Assembly: GCA_046538795.1 (NCBI GenBank)
Contig: JBKHIF010000004.1
Location: 1 to 37,037 of the forward strand
Length of the DNA stretch: 37,037 bases
Direction of reading: 5' to 3'
Source of the DNA: Candidatus Woesearchaeota archaeon
GTDB lineage: Archaea; Nanobdellota; Nanobdellia; Woesearchaeales; CAZJJJ01
The notes beneath the pieces are model-generated. The model made no database searches. It worked only from the letters and a program-made list of their open reading frames with translations, and was not told where the DNA came from. The translations under genes and the position numbers were made by a program. Every line of letters starts with the position of its first letter. The stretch's first letter is position 1. Below are positions 17,140 to 27,870 of this stretch, piece by piece.

Positions 17140-18793
17140 AATATTTTCGAAGATATTCTTTTAAGTTCTTATTAACAACATATATGTATGTTCCTTTGAT
17201 TCCTCTTGTTAGCAGAACAGAGTAAATGTTTAAAATGTATTTTTTAAGTTCTGATTTGTTTTTTATGCTTGCTTTTCCATTACGATCATGATACTTTTTT
17301 TCATTGATTATTATTTCATTTGTTTCAGGATCATAGTCAATTTCAGGGCCAAAAATGACACCTGCATAATTAAGATCATAACCTTGAATTGTATGGATGC
17401 ATCCAATTTCATTGACTGATTCAGGTTTATTTATCCAGTCAATCAATGATGTATTCCATTGAAGTTTGATGTTCTCAATTTCGATATCATACTCATTCTT
17501 TTTTTTCTTTGAGATCCATTTCCATCCATATCCTGCAACTAGCCTTGACAATCCATTTTTATTTTCTTTAATTTTTATTTGTGAATATAATTCTGAAAAT
17601 GAATCAAAAAATCTTAAATCATAGTTTGAGAATTCTCTTTTTTCAGTTTGATCGCAGTTTAATATGTTTTGGATATACTCCAAATAATCGTTACCTGCTT
17701 GAACTCGAAATTGTGATCTTAAAACAAATTCATCTATTTTGTTATTCTTTGTTTTTTTCTTAAAGTAATCACCATCTATATCGGTTGGCTTTATTGTTTG
17801 TGCTCTATCATAGAAAAAAATTTGAAATTTGCTTTGCGACAAAATCCAATCAAGTTCTGTTGCTTCTCTTGAAAATCCATGTTTTCTGTTGTTTGAATCA
17901 TATTGCCAATAGTTTGTTATGTTAACTCTTTGTCTTAGTCGATGAGCTTCATCAACTATTAATAGATCATAATTGTCATTAAAAACTTCATTTGGACTAA
18001 GTATCATGTTTTGGTCTAATCCATCAATTCCCTGAAATACATTTTTTAATGTTTTCCTCAAAGATTGCTGTGGAATAACTAATCCGATCTTTTTTACAAA
18101 CTTTTGAATTTGCATGATGTGATTTCTAACATCATTATCTTCAAAGTTTTCTTCAGTCAAATTCAATAATTTAATCAAGTTTATTCCAAGTAATGTTTTA
18201 CCTGTTCCGGGACCTCCATTAACAATTACATTTCCTTTTTCAGGAAATGAATTTCCTTTGAATAAATTAAGGATAGAATCAATTATGTCATATTGTTCTG
18301 AACTCAAAGATGTGTAAGGGCTGAATTTGAATAGTATGCTGTTTTCTATTTCTTTCAAACTTTTTTTTACAAGTTTTAGTTCTCTTAATTTCGGCCAGAT
18401 TTCCTTTCTGAATTTGTCATGATAATTTTCCTTATTGTAATAATTATAATCAACTAATCCATGATTACCATTTTGCAGATTAAAAGTTCTGTCTGCTGAC
18501 ATATATCTTATTAAGAATGATTCAATATCAAGAGTATATGATTTGTTGGCTTCTTTATCAACAATGATATTAATTTTATCTAATCTTTGTCTATCTTTGT
18601 TTTTTAGATGTTGTTCAATTCTGCTTCTTATTTTGTACGACTCACCAACATAAGCTTCTCGCTTATTATTTAAAATATAAATGGTGGGCCAATTATTTGC
18701 CCAATTAAAATTAGAAAAAAGACTTTCATCATCTATTTTTGATACAGATCTTTTATTGAACTCAAATTGCTTGATTTCAATTTTTGTTGTCAT
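17132..18793 (-). CDS. GIY-YIG nuclease fused to DUF2075 (Schlafen-group-3-like) helicase/ATPase
   Basis: WPTIYIL...AYVGES...RIEQH...ESFLI (GIY-YIG); GGPGTGKT, LIVDEAHRL, FYDRAQ, SQFRV, GCIHTIQGYDL, VLLTRG. Confidence 0.9.
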   Translation of the reverse strand: MTTKIEIKQFEFNKRSVSKIDDESLFSNFNWANNWPTIYILNNKREAYVGESYKIRSRIEQHLKNKDRQRLDKINIIVDKEANKSYTLDIESFLIRYMSADRTFNLQNGNHGLVDYNYYNKENYHDKFRKEIWPKLRELKLVKKSLKEIENSILFKFSPYTSLSSEQYDIIDSILNLFKGNSFPEKGNVIVNGGPGTGKTLLGINLIKLLNLTEENFEDNDVRNHIMQIQKFVKKIGLVIPQQSLRKTLKNVFQGIDGLDQNMILSPNEVFNDNYDLLIVDEAHRLRQRVNITNYWQYDSNNRKHGFSREATELDWILSQSKFQIFFYDRAQTIKPTDIDGDYFKKKTKNNKIDEFVLRSQFRVQAGNDYLEYIQNILNCDQTEKREFSNYDLRFFDSFSELYSQIKIKENKNGLSRLVAGYGWKWISKKKKNEYDIEIENIKLQWNTSLIDWINKPESVNEIGCIHTIQGYDLNYAGVIFGPEIDYDPETNEIIINEKKYHDRNGKASIKNKSELKKYILNIYSVLLTRGIKGTYIYVVNKNLKEYLRKYFN

Positions 18794-19158
18794 TCTTCAA
18801 ATTCAGTATATTTTTTATTTGAACCTTTTGATAATGCTACAGGATATTTCTTTTCAGATTTAGCCATCTTTTTTTTGAAAGCTTCTGAAAGATCAATATC
18901 GTACAATTGCGCCATCCTTGTAAGAAAATACAATACATCAGCCATCTCATCAGAGATATCTTCCCTTTTTTTTGGATCTTTGAAAAATATATCTTCTTCT
19001 TGTTTTGACTTGAATCTGAAATGTTCAAGAACTTCAGATGCTTCAGTTATAATTCCAATAGCTAGATCCTTTGCGCTATGAAACTGATCCCAGTCTCTAT
19101 CTTCACAGAATTTTTGAACATAATTTTTGATATCCTGAATACTTGTGTTTGAATCCAT
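18790..19158 (-). CDS. MazG-like all-alpha NTP pyrophosphohydrolase (DCTPP1/RS21-C6 type)
   Basis: RDWDQFHSAKDLAIGIITEASEVLEHF...DEMADV...KKYP; ATG 19158; stop overlaps the next start (ATGA). Confidence 0.92.
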   Translation of the reverse strand: MDSNTSIQDIKNYVQKFCEDRDWDQFHSAKDLAIGIITEASEVLEHFRFKSKQEEDIFFKDPKKREDISDEMADVLYFLTRMAQLYDIDLSEAFKKKMAKSEKKYPVALSKGSNKKYTEFEE

Positions 19159-19258
19159 TTTTAAATGAATGTTGATTATATGTAAAAAGGTTTCGATATA
19201 ATTTAATAATAACTGTCTCATAAATATTTTTAAATATCAGAGCTTATTTCGTAAGAAT
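19159..19258. promoter_or_regulatory. Divergent promoter region between the MazG-like and PIN genes
   Basis: tttaaata about 24 nt before PIN ATG 19259; cgaaac-ctttttacat on the minus strand upstream of ATG 19158. Confidence 0.5.
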
Positions 19259-19687
19259 ATGAAGGTTTACTGCGATACATGTGTTTATATGGATGCCATG
19301 GGACTTAATGAAAATAATGATCCCTTAAGACCATTAGATGAGTTTGCATGGAATTTCTTTAATGCTGTTAAAGAAGGTGATTATATTCTTGTTACTTCAT
19401 CTTGGCTTTTTGAAGAGTTCAAAAAGGTTGTAGGAGACGATAATCCGCTTATTGATTTTGTTGATGATTTGAAACTCCAAAATAAGATTCACATAACTGA
19501 AACTTATGATGATAAACGCAAAGCAGGAAAATTAAGCTCATCAAATTTTCCTGATGCAAGACATGTTATACTTGCAGAAAAAGCAGGTGCAATGATATTG
19601 ACCACTCAAAATTTTAGAGATTTTGCAGAATTCAAAGATTATCTTGATAAGCACTCTATAGAACTTATACCTCCTGAGTCTTTGTGA
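19259..19687 (+). CDS. PIN-domain (VapC-like) ribonuclease
   Basis: KVYCDTCVYMD, LFEEF, DARHVILA, LTTQNFRDF acidic tetrad pattern. Confidence 0.85.
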   Translation: MKVYCDTCVYMDAMGLNENNDPLRPLDEFAWNFFNAVKEGDYILVTSSWLFEEFKKVVGDDNPLIDFVDDLKLQNKIHITETYDDKRKAGKLSSSNFPDARHVILAEKAGAMILTTQNFRDFAEFKDYLDKHSIELIPPESL

Positions 19688-20675
19688 ACTTTTCTTTTAG
19701 TTTTTGGATTTCTGGATTATATTTCGGTTCTGGCCAATAATCTTTTAGTTTGATTAAGTTTAGGTATAGAGTCTCTTCGACTGATTTTTTTCGTTCTCTA
19801 AAGTAAGAATCCAGATTTTCAGAATAAAAATGTTGTACTTCTTTAAAATTATCAATACCTATAAGTTGCCAAACTAAATCAAATGTGGCAATTATTTCTG
19901 GCCTTAATTGCTCAAGTTCGTTTTGGGGAAGTTTTCTTAACATATTAAAAGACGATAAAAATCTTTTGAATTGTTCTTCTGTTTCTTCTGATAGCTTGTA
20001 TTTAATGAGAGATAAAAGACATAGATTAAATTCTCTCCTAAGTAAACTAACATTTTCAGCAGCAAATGGTTTTCTGAGATAATTTAAAATTGTTAGTCTA
20101 TGAAGATATAGATCATTGTTTGCTTTAGTATAAAGATCTTCTAATAGTTCATCAGTTGTTTCATATTCGCTAAATTTTTTTAGCACAATTTTTATTTTAG
20201 AATCAAATTTAGTGGTTACTCCAAAGTTTTTAAGAATGTTGTCTTCTAGTTTATGTAAGCTACATTCCCCATATAAATACCAGGCATGTGGTAAATCATT
20301 AATTTTCGCTAGTTTAATTACTTCAATTACTGCTTTTTGCAAAAAGGTTCTCTTTATATTAGGTTCAAATTGCTTGATTCTATTTGCAATTTCACAAAAC
20401 TTTTGTTCTTGTTGATTTGTAAGCGGAATTCCCATGATTGTGTTTGGATTTCCTTCACTTGCACAAATAGAAATAGAATATTTGTTATTATTTTCTTTAG
20501 CTAATTTTAATTCTTTCATTACGTCAAGCGCATTCTTAATAGCATCCCAACTAATTTGATGCTGAAGAGCTTCCTTTATCTGGTAGATATTGTATTCTCT
20601 CCCTTTTAGAACTCTGATTACTTCTTTATAGATATCTGCACGGGATGATCTTTTTTTAGTCATATTTTTTTTCAT
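19665..20675 (-). CDS. N-terminal winged-HTH protein with a SocA/Panacea (DUF4065)-like central region
   Basis: NIYQIKEAL...SWDAIKNALDVMKELKL (HTH); RTFLQKAV...HAWYLYG resembles KLQKL...AWxYG; ATG 20675 after aaggag (20663 possible). Confidence 0.6.
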   Translation of the reverse strand: MKKNMTKKRSSRADIYKEVIRVLKGREYNIYQIKEALQHQISWDAIKNALDVMKELKLAKENNNKYSISICASEGNPNTIMGIPLTNQQEQKFCEIANRIKQFEPNIKRTFLQKAVIEVIKLAKINDLPHAWYLYGECSLHKLEDNILKNFGVTTKFDSKIKIVLKKFSEYETTDELLEDLYTKANNDLYLHRLTILNYLRKPFAAENVSLLRREFNLCLLSLIKYKLSEETEEQFKRFLSSFNMLRKLPQNELEQLRPEIIATFDLVWQLIGIDNFKEVQHFYSENLDSYFRERKKSVEETLYLNLIKLKDYWPEPKYNPEIQKLKEKFTKTQEV

Positions 20676-20909
20676 TGATTTCTCCTTATATATATTTTTC
20701 GGTAAAATTGTTAATAAAACCCTGGATTTCTTTAATAATTTTGTGTTTGTGTAAATTCGCATTTTTGTTTATGTTTTTGTGTAAAAAATCTAAAAATAAA
20801 TTTTGTTCAAATTGTTGTGCTCAAATTTAATTTTATTAATATGATTTGAATATCTTCTGGTCATTCACTTACCTATCAATTTAAATCAATAAAACAATTA
20901 CAAGATCAT

Positions 20910-21269
20910 ATGCAAATAAGAAAAGCAACAATCAGAGATCTAAAAACAATCCAGGAATTAAGAAAACAGCTTCTTAATGAAACCAACAGAAAATCATTAA
21001 ACTCAGATAAATTGATGGAAACATATCTGAACAGAAGTACTTCTTTATTTCTGATTGTAGAAATAAACAATGATATTGTGGGTTTTATACATGCAATTAA
21101 TGATTACATCCATGATCTATATGTAAAACCTGAATATAGAAATAAGGGTATAGGAACAAAACTTCTAAACTCGTTACCAAAACAAAAATACAAGGTAACT
21201 ACTGAAAACAAAAGATTCTATCAAAAAAACGGATTTAAAGAAGATCAATTCATGTCAAAACTTACTTAG
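20910..21269 (+). CDS. GNAT-family acetyltransferase
   Basis: IRKATIRDL, IHDLYVKPEYRNKGIGTKLL, FYQKNGF. Confidence 0.9.
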   Translation: MQIRKATIRDLKTIQELRKQLLNETNRKSLNSDKLMETYLNRSTSLFLIVEINNDIVGFIHAINDYIHDLYVKPEYRNKGIGTKLLNSLPKQKYKVTTENKRFYQKNGFKEDQFMSKLT

Positions 21270-21908
21270 ATAAGTACAATACTCGCATCCATCTGCACTT
21301 ATTGGAATATCTCCTTCTAAACAATTCAAAGCATTTCTCCAAACTTCTTGTCCTTTTTCAGAATCTGTCTTTATCTTGATAAGCTTTGCATCAAAGACAA
21401 CATCCCCATTTTCACGTACAGAGACTGGATGATAGAAAAGAAGATATGTATAATCCTCTGTCTCATAGCCCATCTTCCTTAACAAGAAATTATAGATATT
21501 CATCTGTTGTATGTAATGCTCATGAGTATTATCTTTTACAGGAAAACCTCTTGTCTTGTAATCAAGTACGACAAGCTTTTTGTCTTTCACAAGAATATTA
21601 TCGACAGCACCTCTTAGTATGTTTCCTGAATCATCTTCAAAACTTAATCCTTTGAAATTGCTCCTCCATATCTTAAGCTTTTCTTTGTTATTAAAGAGAT
21701 GGTATCCAGATAAAGAACTCAGTTCAGGCGGCATCTCGCTTTTTTCCATATAAGAATCAAAATGCTTTTTCAAAACACCATCCATGCCAGAAGGAAGAGA
21801 TGGAAATATTCCCGCAGGTCTCTTAATACCTTTTCTGAACTGAAGCCAGAAACATCTGGGACATTCAGTAAAAATATTCAGCGTAGAGGGAGATAATTTG
21901 TAAGGCAT
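21255..21908 (-). CDS. RecB/Cas4-like PD-(D/E)XK exonuclease, stand-alone
   Basis: LSPSTL...CPRC, GAVDN, VLDYKT, QMNIY, C-terminal CEYC. Confidence 0.85.
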   Translation of the reverse strand: MPYKLSPSTLNIFTECPRCFWLQFRKGIKRPAGIFPSLPSGMDGVLKKHFDSYMEKSEMPPELSSLSGYHLFNNKEKLKIWRSNFKGLSFEDDSGNILRGAVDNILVKDKKLVVLDYKTRGFPVKDNTHEHYIQQMNIYNFLLRKMGYETEDYTYLLFYHPVSVRENGDVVFDAKLIKIKTDSEKGQEVWRNALNCLEGDIPISADGCEYCTYLSKF

Positions 21909-22005
21909 AAATAATCATTATAATCAAATCTTTAAATATTTTGCTTCCAAGGATGTCCAGTGAAAACATCTAGCTTAAAAATAAGTCTTCACTTCTCTTC
22001 TGGCA

Positions 22006-22308
22006 ATGAAAGATGATTTAATAGATAGGCTCTATGAGATAAGAGAATCACTAAAAGAACAATATAATTATTTTCCATATAACTGCTGTTACATAAGTGC
22101 AGAAACAATTAAAGAACAATTAGGTCTTGAACTGATCCATGGATTTTACATAAAAGATGGATTCGGGTATGAGCACTGCTGGAACTATGATCCAAAAACA
22201 GATACTTTCATAGACATAACTGCAACGCAGTTTGATTCACAGAATCCAGCAATAAATATTCAGAAAATGAGTTATAGTGAAGAATCATATGTTGCATTAA
22301 ATAAATAA
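22006..22308 (+). CDS. Small protein with putative papain/transglutaminase-like Cys-His-Asp triad
   Basis: NCCYIS...EHCWNY...IDITATQF. Confidence 0.6.
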   Translation: MKDDLIDRLYEIRESLKEQYNYFPYNCCYISAETIKEQLGLELIHGFYIKDGFGYEHCWNYDPKTDTFIDITATQFDSQNPAINIQKMSYSEESYVALNK

Positions 22309-22326
22309 AAAAAGAAACGAAATGAT

Positions 22327-23988
<1,662 letters not shown>

Positions 23989-23992
23989 TTAT

Positions 23993-24259
23993 CTAGTCTT
24001 CAAGAAGACCTATTATGTCTTTTACCTCGATAATGAGATACTTTTCATCATCGACAGTGATCTCTGTTCCTGAATACTTTTCATATAATATGTGGTCTCC
24101 CACATTGACCGGTATCTTTTCAGCAGTTCCCAAGGCAACAACTTTTCCTTCTTGGTTTTTCTCCTGAGCTGATTCCGGTATGTAGATACCTGACTTTGTC
24201 TTCTCTTCAACCTTTTTGGGTTTAACAACAACCCTGTTTCCGATTGGTCTAAGTTTCAT
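23993..24259 (-). CDS. groES: Co-chaperonin GroES
   Basis: LRPIGNRVVVK, KTKSGIYIPESAQEK, KYSGTE. Confidence 0.98.
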   Translation of the reverse strand: MKLRPIGNRVVVKPKKVEEKTKSGIYIPESAQEKNQEGKVVALGTAEKIPVNVGDHILYEKYSGTEITVDDEKYLIIEVKDIIGLLED

Positions 24260-24330
24260 GTCTATTCACCCCGTATCATTTCGGAATTTTTGTGTTTTTA
24301 TAAATATTACTCGAAAGTGAAAACCTTTTC

Positions 24331-26487
24331 TTATGCGATGTATGTCTGAGGTGTCTTGTTTTCTTTTTCCTGCTTTTTCTTCTTTATCTTCCTGAAAGCA
24401 GAATCAAAATCTGTTTCCTCGACCTTCATCTTGATATCTTCACCTTTTTCCTTTGTCATCTTCTTTATAGCATACATGCCTGCTTCTCTACAGACATTCT
24501 CAATTTCTGCACCAGACATACCTTCTGTCTTTTTGACTACAGTATCAAAGTATTCTTTATCAAGTTCGATAGGCATTTTCTCTGTGTGGACTTCAAAAAT
24601 CTTTTTCCTTGAGTCTGCATCTGGTATGGGTATCTCAAGAAGATCGTCAAACCTTCCTGGTCTCATCAGAGCAGGATCTATAAGATCAGGCCTGTTTGTC
24701 GCAGCAATAACCATGACTCCTGAAAGATCTTCTATCCCGTCAAGCTCGGTCAAAAGCTGGTTTACTACACGTTCATCATTAGCCCTTCCTTCTGAACCTG
24801 TCCTGAAACCTGCTATGCTGTCAAACTCATCAAAGAAAACTATGGAAGGCGCAACTTGTCTTGCTTTCTTGAATATCTCTCTTACATGCTTTTCAGATTC
24901 GCCTACCCATTTGCTTATAAGTTCAGGCCCTTTTACAGAGATAAAATTCGCATCCGCCTCGTTTGCTATTGCCTTTGCCATAAGAGTCTTTCCACATCCC
25001 GGAGGACCATAAAGAAGAACTCCTTTTGCAGGTTTTATGCCTGCTTCTCTGAAATACTCAGGATTCTTAAGAGGAAGCTCAATCATCTCTTTCAGGCTCT
25101 CTTTTACATCTTCAAGCCCGCCTATGTCTGACCACTTGGTCTTTGGCTTCCTTATGAGAACTTCCCTCATCGCGCTTGGTTCAACCTTCCTGAACGCATC
25201 AATGAAATGCTCCATCTTAACCTCAATTTTCTCAAGAACATTTGTAGGAAGCTTTTCTTCAAAACTCTTCAGATCAGGAATATATTTTCTAAGAGATTTA
25301 AGCGCAGCTTCCTTGCAAAGCACCTCAAGATCAGCTCCGGTATAGCCATAAGTCATGTCAGAAATCTTGTCAAGACTTACATCTTTTGCAAGAGGCATGC
25401 CCCTTGTATGTACTAAAAGAACTTCTTTCCTGCTTTCAGTATTAGGAACATTGATCTTGATTTCACGATCAAACCTTCCCGGCCTTCTCAAGGCAGGATC
25501 CAGTGCATCAGGTCTGTTTGTTGCAGCCACGACAACTACCTGGCCTCTTGACTCAAGGCCGTCCATAAGGGTAAGAAGCTGTGCTACAACACGCCTTTCA
25601 ACCTCTCCTGTTACCTCTTCACGCTTTGGTGCGATGCTGTCAAGCTCATCTATAAATATTACTGAAGGAGCATTATCTTCTGCATCCTTGAATATCTTTC
25701 TTATCTTTTTCTCAGATTCGCCGTAATACTTGCTCATTATCTCAGGCCCATTTATAGAAAAGAACTGAGATTCAGTTTCTGAGGCAACAGCTTTTGCTAA
25801 AAGGGTCTTACCTGTTCCCGGAGGACCAGATAAAAGCACTCCCTTAGGAGCGCCTATCCCTAACCTCTCAAATACTTCCGGATGCTTCATAGGAAGCTCA
25901 ATCATTTCCCTGATCTGCTCTATTTCCTCGTGAAGCCCCCCGATATCCTCGTATGTAACCTCAGGTATCTTCAATGCCTCTGGCGAGACCGGTTTTTCAA
26001 GTACAGAAAGGCTTGTTTCCTGGGTAATCTTTACAGCTCCTTTAGGAGTTGTTGAAGTGACCATGAAATTAAGACTTGTACCTAATATGTCTATTACTAT
26101 CTGGTTGCCTTTAAGGATTGGCTTATCCATAAGCTTATCTAAGAAATAATGTTCAGGATTTCCTCTGAATTTTATAGGATGCTGCACAGGAGCGATTGTC
26201 ACCTGACCTGCAATTTCGCACTTGACCTTTTTTATTGTTACATCATCTCCCATAGAACTTCCAGTATTGAATCTTGTTATGCCATCAACTCTTATGATCG
26301 GCTTGTTCTCATCTTCAGGCCTTGCTCTCCAGACGACAGCCAACGCTTCGCTCTTTGCCTTTATGCTTATTATATCGCCTGACTCAAGCTTCAGGCTGTC
26401 CATAACATCAGAATTGACTCTGGCTATGCTTCTTCCGACATCCATCTGTATCGCTTCTGCGACCTTTAGTTTCATTTCTTCTGCCAT
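24331..26487 (-). CDS. cdc48: Cdc48/VAT/p97 AAA+ ATPase
   Basis: N-domain, [28 protein letters not shown]; second ring [16 protein letters not shown] 26487 after ggatgtga. Confidence 0.96.
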   Translation of the reverse strand: MAEEMKLKVAEAIQMDVGRSIARVNSDVMDSLKLESGDIISIKAKSEALAVVWRARPEDENKPIIRVDGITRFNTGSSMGDDVTIKKVKCEIAGQVTIAPVQHPIKFRGNPEHYFLDKLMDKPILKGNQIVIDILGTSLNFMVTSTTPKGAVKITQETSLSVLEKPVSPEALKIPEVTYEDIGGLHEEIEQIREMIELPMKHPEVFERLGIGAPKGVLLSGPPGTGKTLLAKAVASETESQFFSINGPEIMSKYYGESEKKIRKIFKDAEDNAPSVIFIDELDSIAPKREEVTGEVERRVVAQLLTLMDGLESRGQVVVVAATNRPDALDPALRRPGRFDREIKINVPNTESRKEVLLVHTRGMPLAKDVSLDKISDMTYGYTGADLEVLCKEAALKSLRKYIPDLKSFEEKLPTNVLEKIEVKMEHFIDAFRKVEPSAMREVLIRKPKTKWSDIGGLEDVKESLKEMIELPLKNPEYFREAGIKPAKGVLLYGPPGCGKTLMAKAIANEADANFISVKGPELISKWVGESEKHVREIFKKARQVAPSIVFFDEFDSIAGFRTGSEGRANDERVVNQLLTELDGIEDLSGVMVIAATNRPDLIDPALMRPGRFDDLLEIPIPDADSRKKIFEVHTEKMPIELDKEYFDTVVKKTEGMSGAEIENVCREAGMYAIKKMTKEKGEDIKMKVEETDFDSAFRKIKKKKQEKENKTPQTYIA

Positions 26488-26503
26488 TTTTTTATCACAT
26501 CCT

Positions 26504-26537
26504 AAAATAAAAGAAAGATGCCGGGATTTTCCGGCAT
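26504..26537 (-). terminator. Hairpin plus T-rich tract between hsp20 and cdc48
   Basis: Minus strand atgccgg-aaaatc-ccggcat followed by ctttcttttatttt. Confidence 0.55.
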
Positions 26538-27017
26538 TCATTCGATTTCTAATCTTTTTGCTTTTGGAAGCCTTTCCTGATCTTTAGGGATCTTTATTTC
26601 AAGAACTCCCTGGTTATAGCTTGCTTTTGCCTTATCAGCCTTGACTCCTTTTGGAAGAGGCATGCATCTGTAGAAGCCTGAATAGCTTCTCTCTACATGA
26701 TAATACCCTTTTTTCTTGTCTTCTTGTTTGTTCTCTGACTTTTTTTCTACCTTGATCTCAATGTTGTCATCAGTTACGTTAACATCTATGTCTTTTTTGT
26801 CAACTCCAGGAAGTTCAACTGTTGCAATGACCTCATTTTCATTTTCCCAGATATCAGCAACAGGTTCTCTGTAACTCACATCTGTGGAAAGCTCATTGCC
26901 CTTTCCTGCTGAAAGAAGCTTCCTGTTCGGTCTTTCAAATCCCCAAAAGCTGTTGAAGATGGTATCCATATCTTCCTGCATTCTTTGCATCTCGTCCCAT
27001 ATAGATTTTCTCCACAT
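26538..27017 (-). CDS. hsp20: Small heat-shock protein Hsp20
   Basis: PVADIWE, ELPGVDKKDIDV, ERSYSGFYR, ASYNQGVLEIKIPK, IxI-like LEI; ATG 27017 after aggaggtga. Confidence 0.96.
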   Translation of the reverse strand: MWRKSIWDEMQRMQEDMDTIFNSFWGFERPNRKLLSAGKGNELSTDVSYREPVADIWENENEVIATVELPGVDKKDIDVNVTDDNIEIKVEKKSENKQEDKKKGYYHVERSYSGFYRCMPLPKGVKADKAKASYNQGVLEIKIPKDQERLPKAKRLEIE

Positions 27018-27061
27018 CTCAATCACCTCCTGTTTGGATGCTGAATTAATCTTAAATCATT

Positions 27062-27115
27062 TTGGTTGACTTTAAATCAACAAGAACAAATACATATCTA
27101 GTATTTAAACCTTTT
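27062..27115 (-). promoter_or_regulatory. hsp20 promoter (BRE-TATA) with a palindromic operator candidate
   Basis: Minus strand aaaagg-tttaaata (TATA 27102-27109); GTTGA-N7-TCAAC at 27065-27081. Confidence 0.6.
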
Positions 27116-27209
27116 GTTTAATTTGGCTTTGTGTAGAAAATCATCAAATTTGTGTAATTAATACTTGATTTATTGCACAAAACTGTTTAATTTTTGCAAG
27201 AACAAAAAA

Positions 27210-27794
27210 CTATTTATCTTTTACAATATCATAGATAAAATCTTTTGTCTTTTTCTCAAAAAATGTTGTAGGATGTATTGGCGAACATACTTTCTTTGAT
27301 CTTTTGAGGAAAGAGGGCTTTGCGCTTCTTCCTGGAAATACCATGAGATCAAGAGGATTCCATACTCCATATATCTCAACATCCTTTTTTTTGATATCTT
27401 TTCTTAGTTTTTTCAGAAAATTACTATTAGGTCTGAGTTGTTTTGTTCCAACATTTGAGATAAGATATGCAGCAAGGCTTCCGCCAAAAGGTGTGCAGAC
27501 GCTTATGCATTTTTGTATATTATTGTTTGAATTGAAATTACACAGATAATGCGATGCAATTAGTCCTCCCTGGCTAAGTCCAAGAAGATAGGCATATTCA
27601 TCTTTTTTAACATTTTTTTCGATAAACTGTTTCAATTTTTTAGATATTTTCTCTAAAGATGCAGTTCCACGTTTGTCTTCATATTCAAACTCATGAAATC
27701 TTCTGATTCCTTTATCTTTCAAAAAATTGATGAGGGGCTGATATTCAAAACTACCTCCGCCGTATCCATGTATGAACACTATTGATTTTATCAT
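27210..27794 (-). CDS. Alpha/beta-hydrolase (lipase/esterase-like)
   Basis: VFIHGYGG, GLSQGG nucleophile elbow, TPFGGS, DLMV, terminal His; start 27794 or 27809. Confidence 0.88.
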   Translation of the reverse strand: MIKSIVFIHGYGGGSFEYQPLINFLKDKGIRRFHEFEYEDKRGTASLEKISKKLKQFIEKNVKKDEYAYLLGLSQGGLIASHYLCNFNSNNNIQKCISVCTPFGGSLAAYLISNVGTKQLRPNSNFLKKLRKDIKKKDVEIYGVWNPLDLMVFPGRSAKPSFLKRSKKVCSPIHPTTFFEKKTKDFIYDIVKDK

Positions 27795-27870
27795 CTGCAG
27801 AAAAAACATGAGGGACTATTTATTCTTTTCCCACAAAACATTTTTAAACAACTGCCTGTTATTCTAAGTT

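Noticed and set aside
16700..21270. Provirus or integrative element
   Set aside because: No integrase, transposase, capsid or replication gene and no att-like direct repeats found by eye; reported only as a compositional island.
21255..21908. Cas4-like gene as evidence of a CRISPR-Cas locus
   Set aside because: No cas1, cas2, effector genes or array in the window.
24260..24330. CIRCE/HrcA operator upstream of groES
   Set aside because: No TTAGCACTC-N9-GAGTGCTAA match; only an archaeal TATA-like tttataaa.
24356..26587. Long plus-strand ORFs antisense to cdc48 (and similar ones opposite groEL, ileS, ftsY and the NTase gene)
   Set aside because: Shadow frames of well-supported genes, with S/F/I-rich composition and no motifs.
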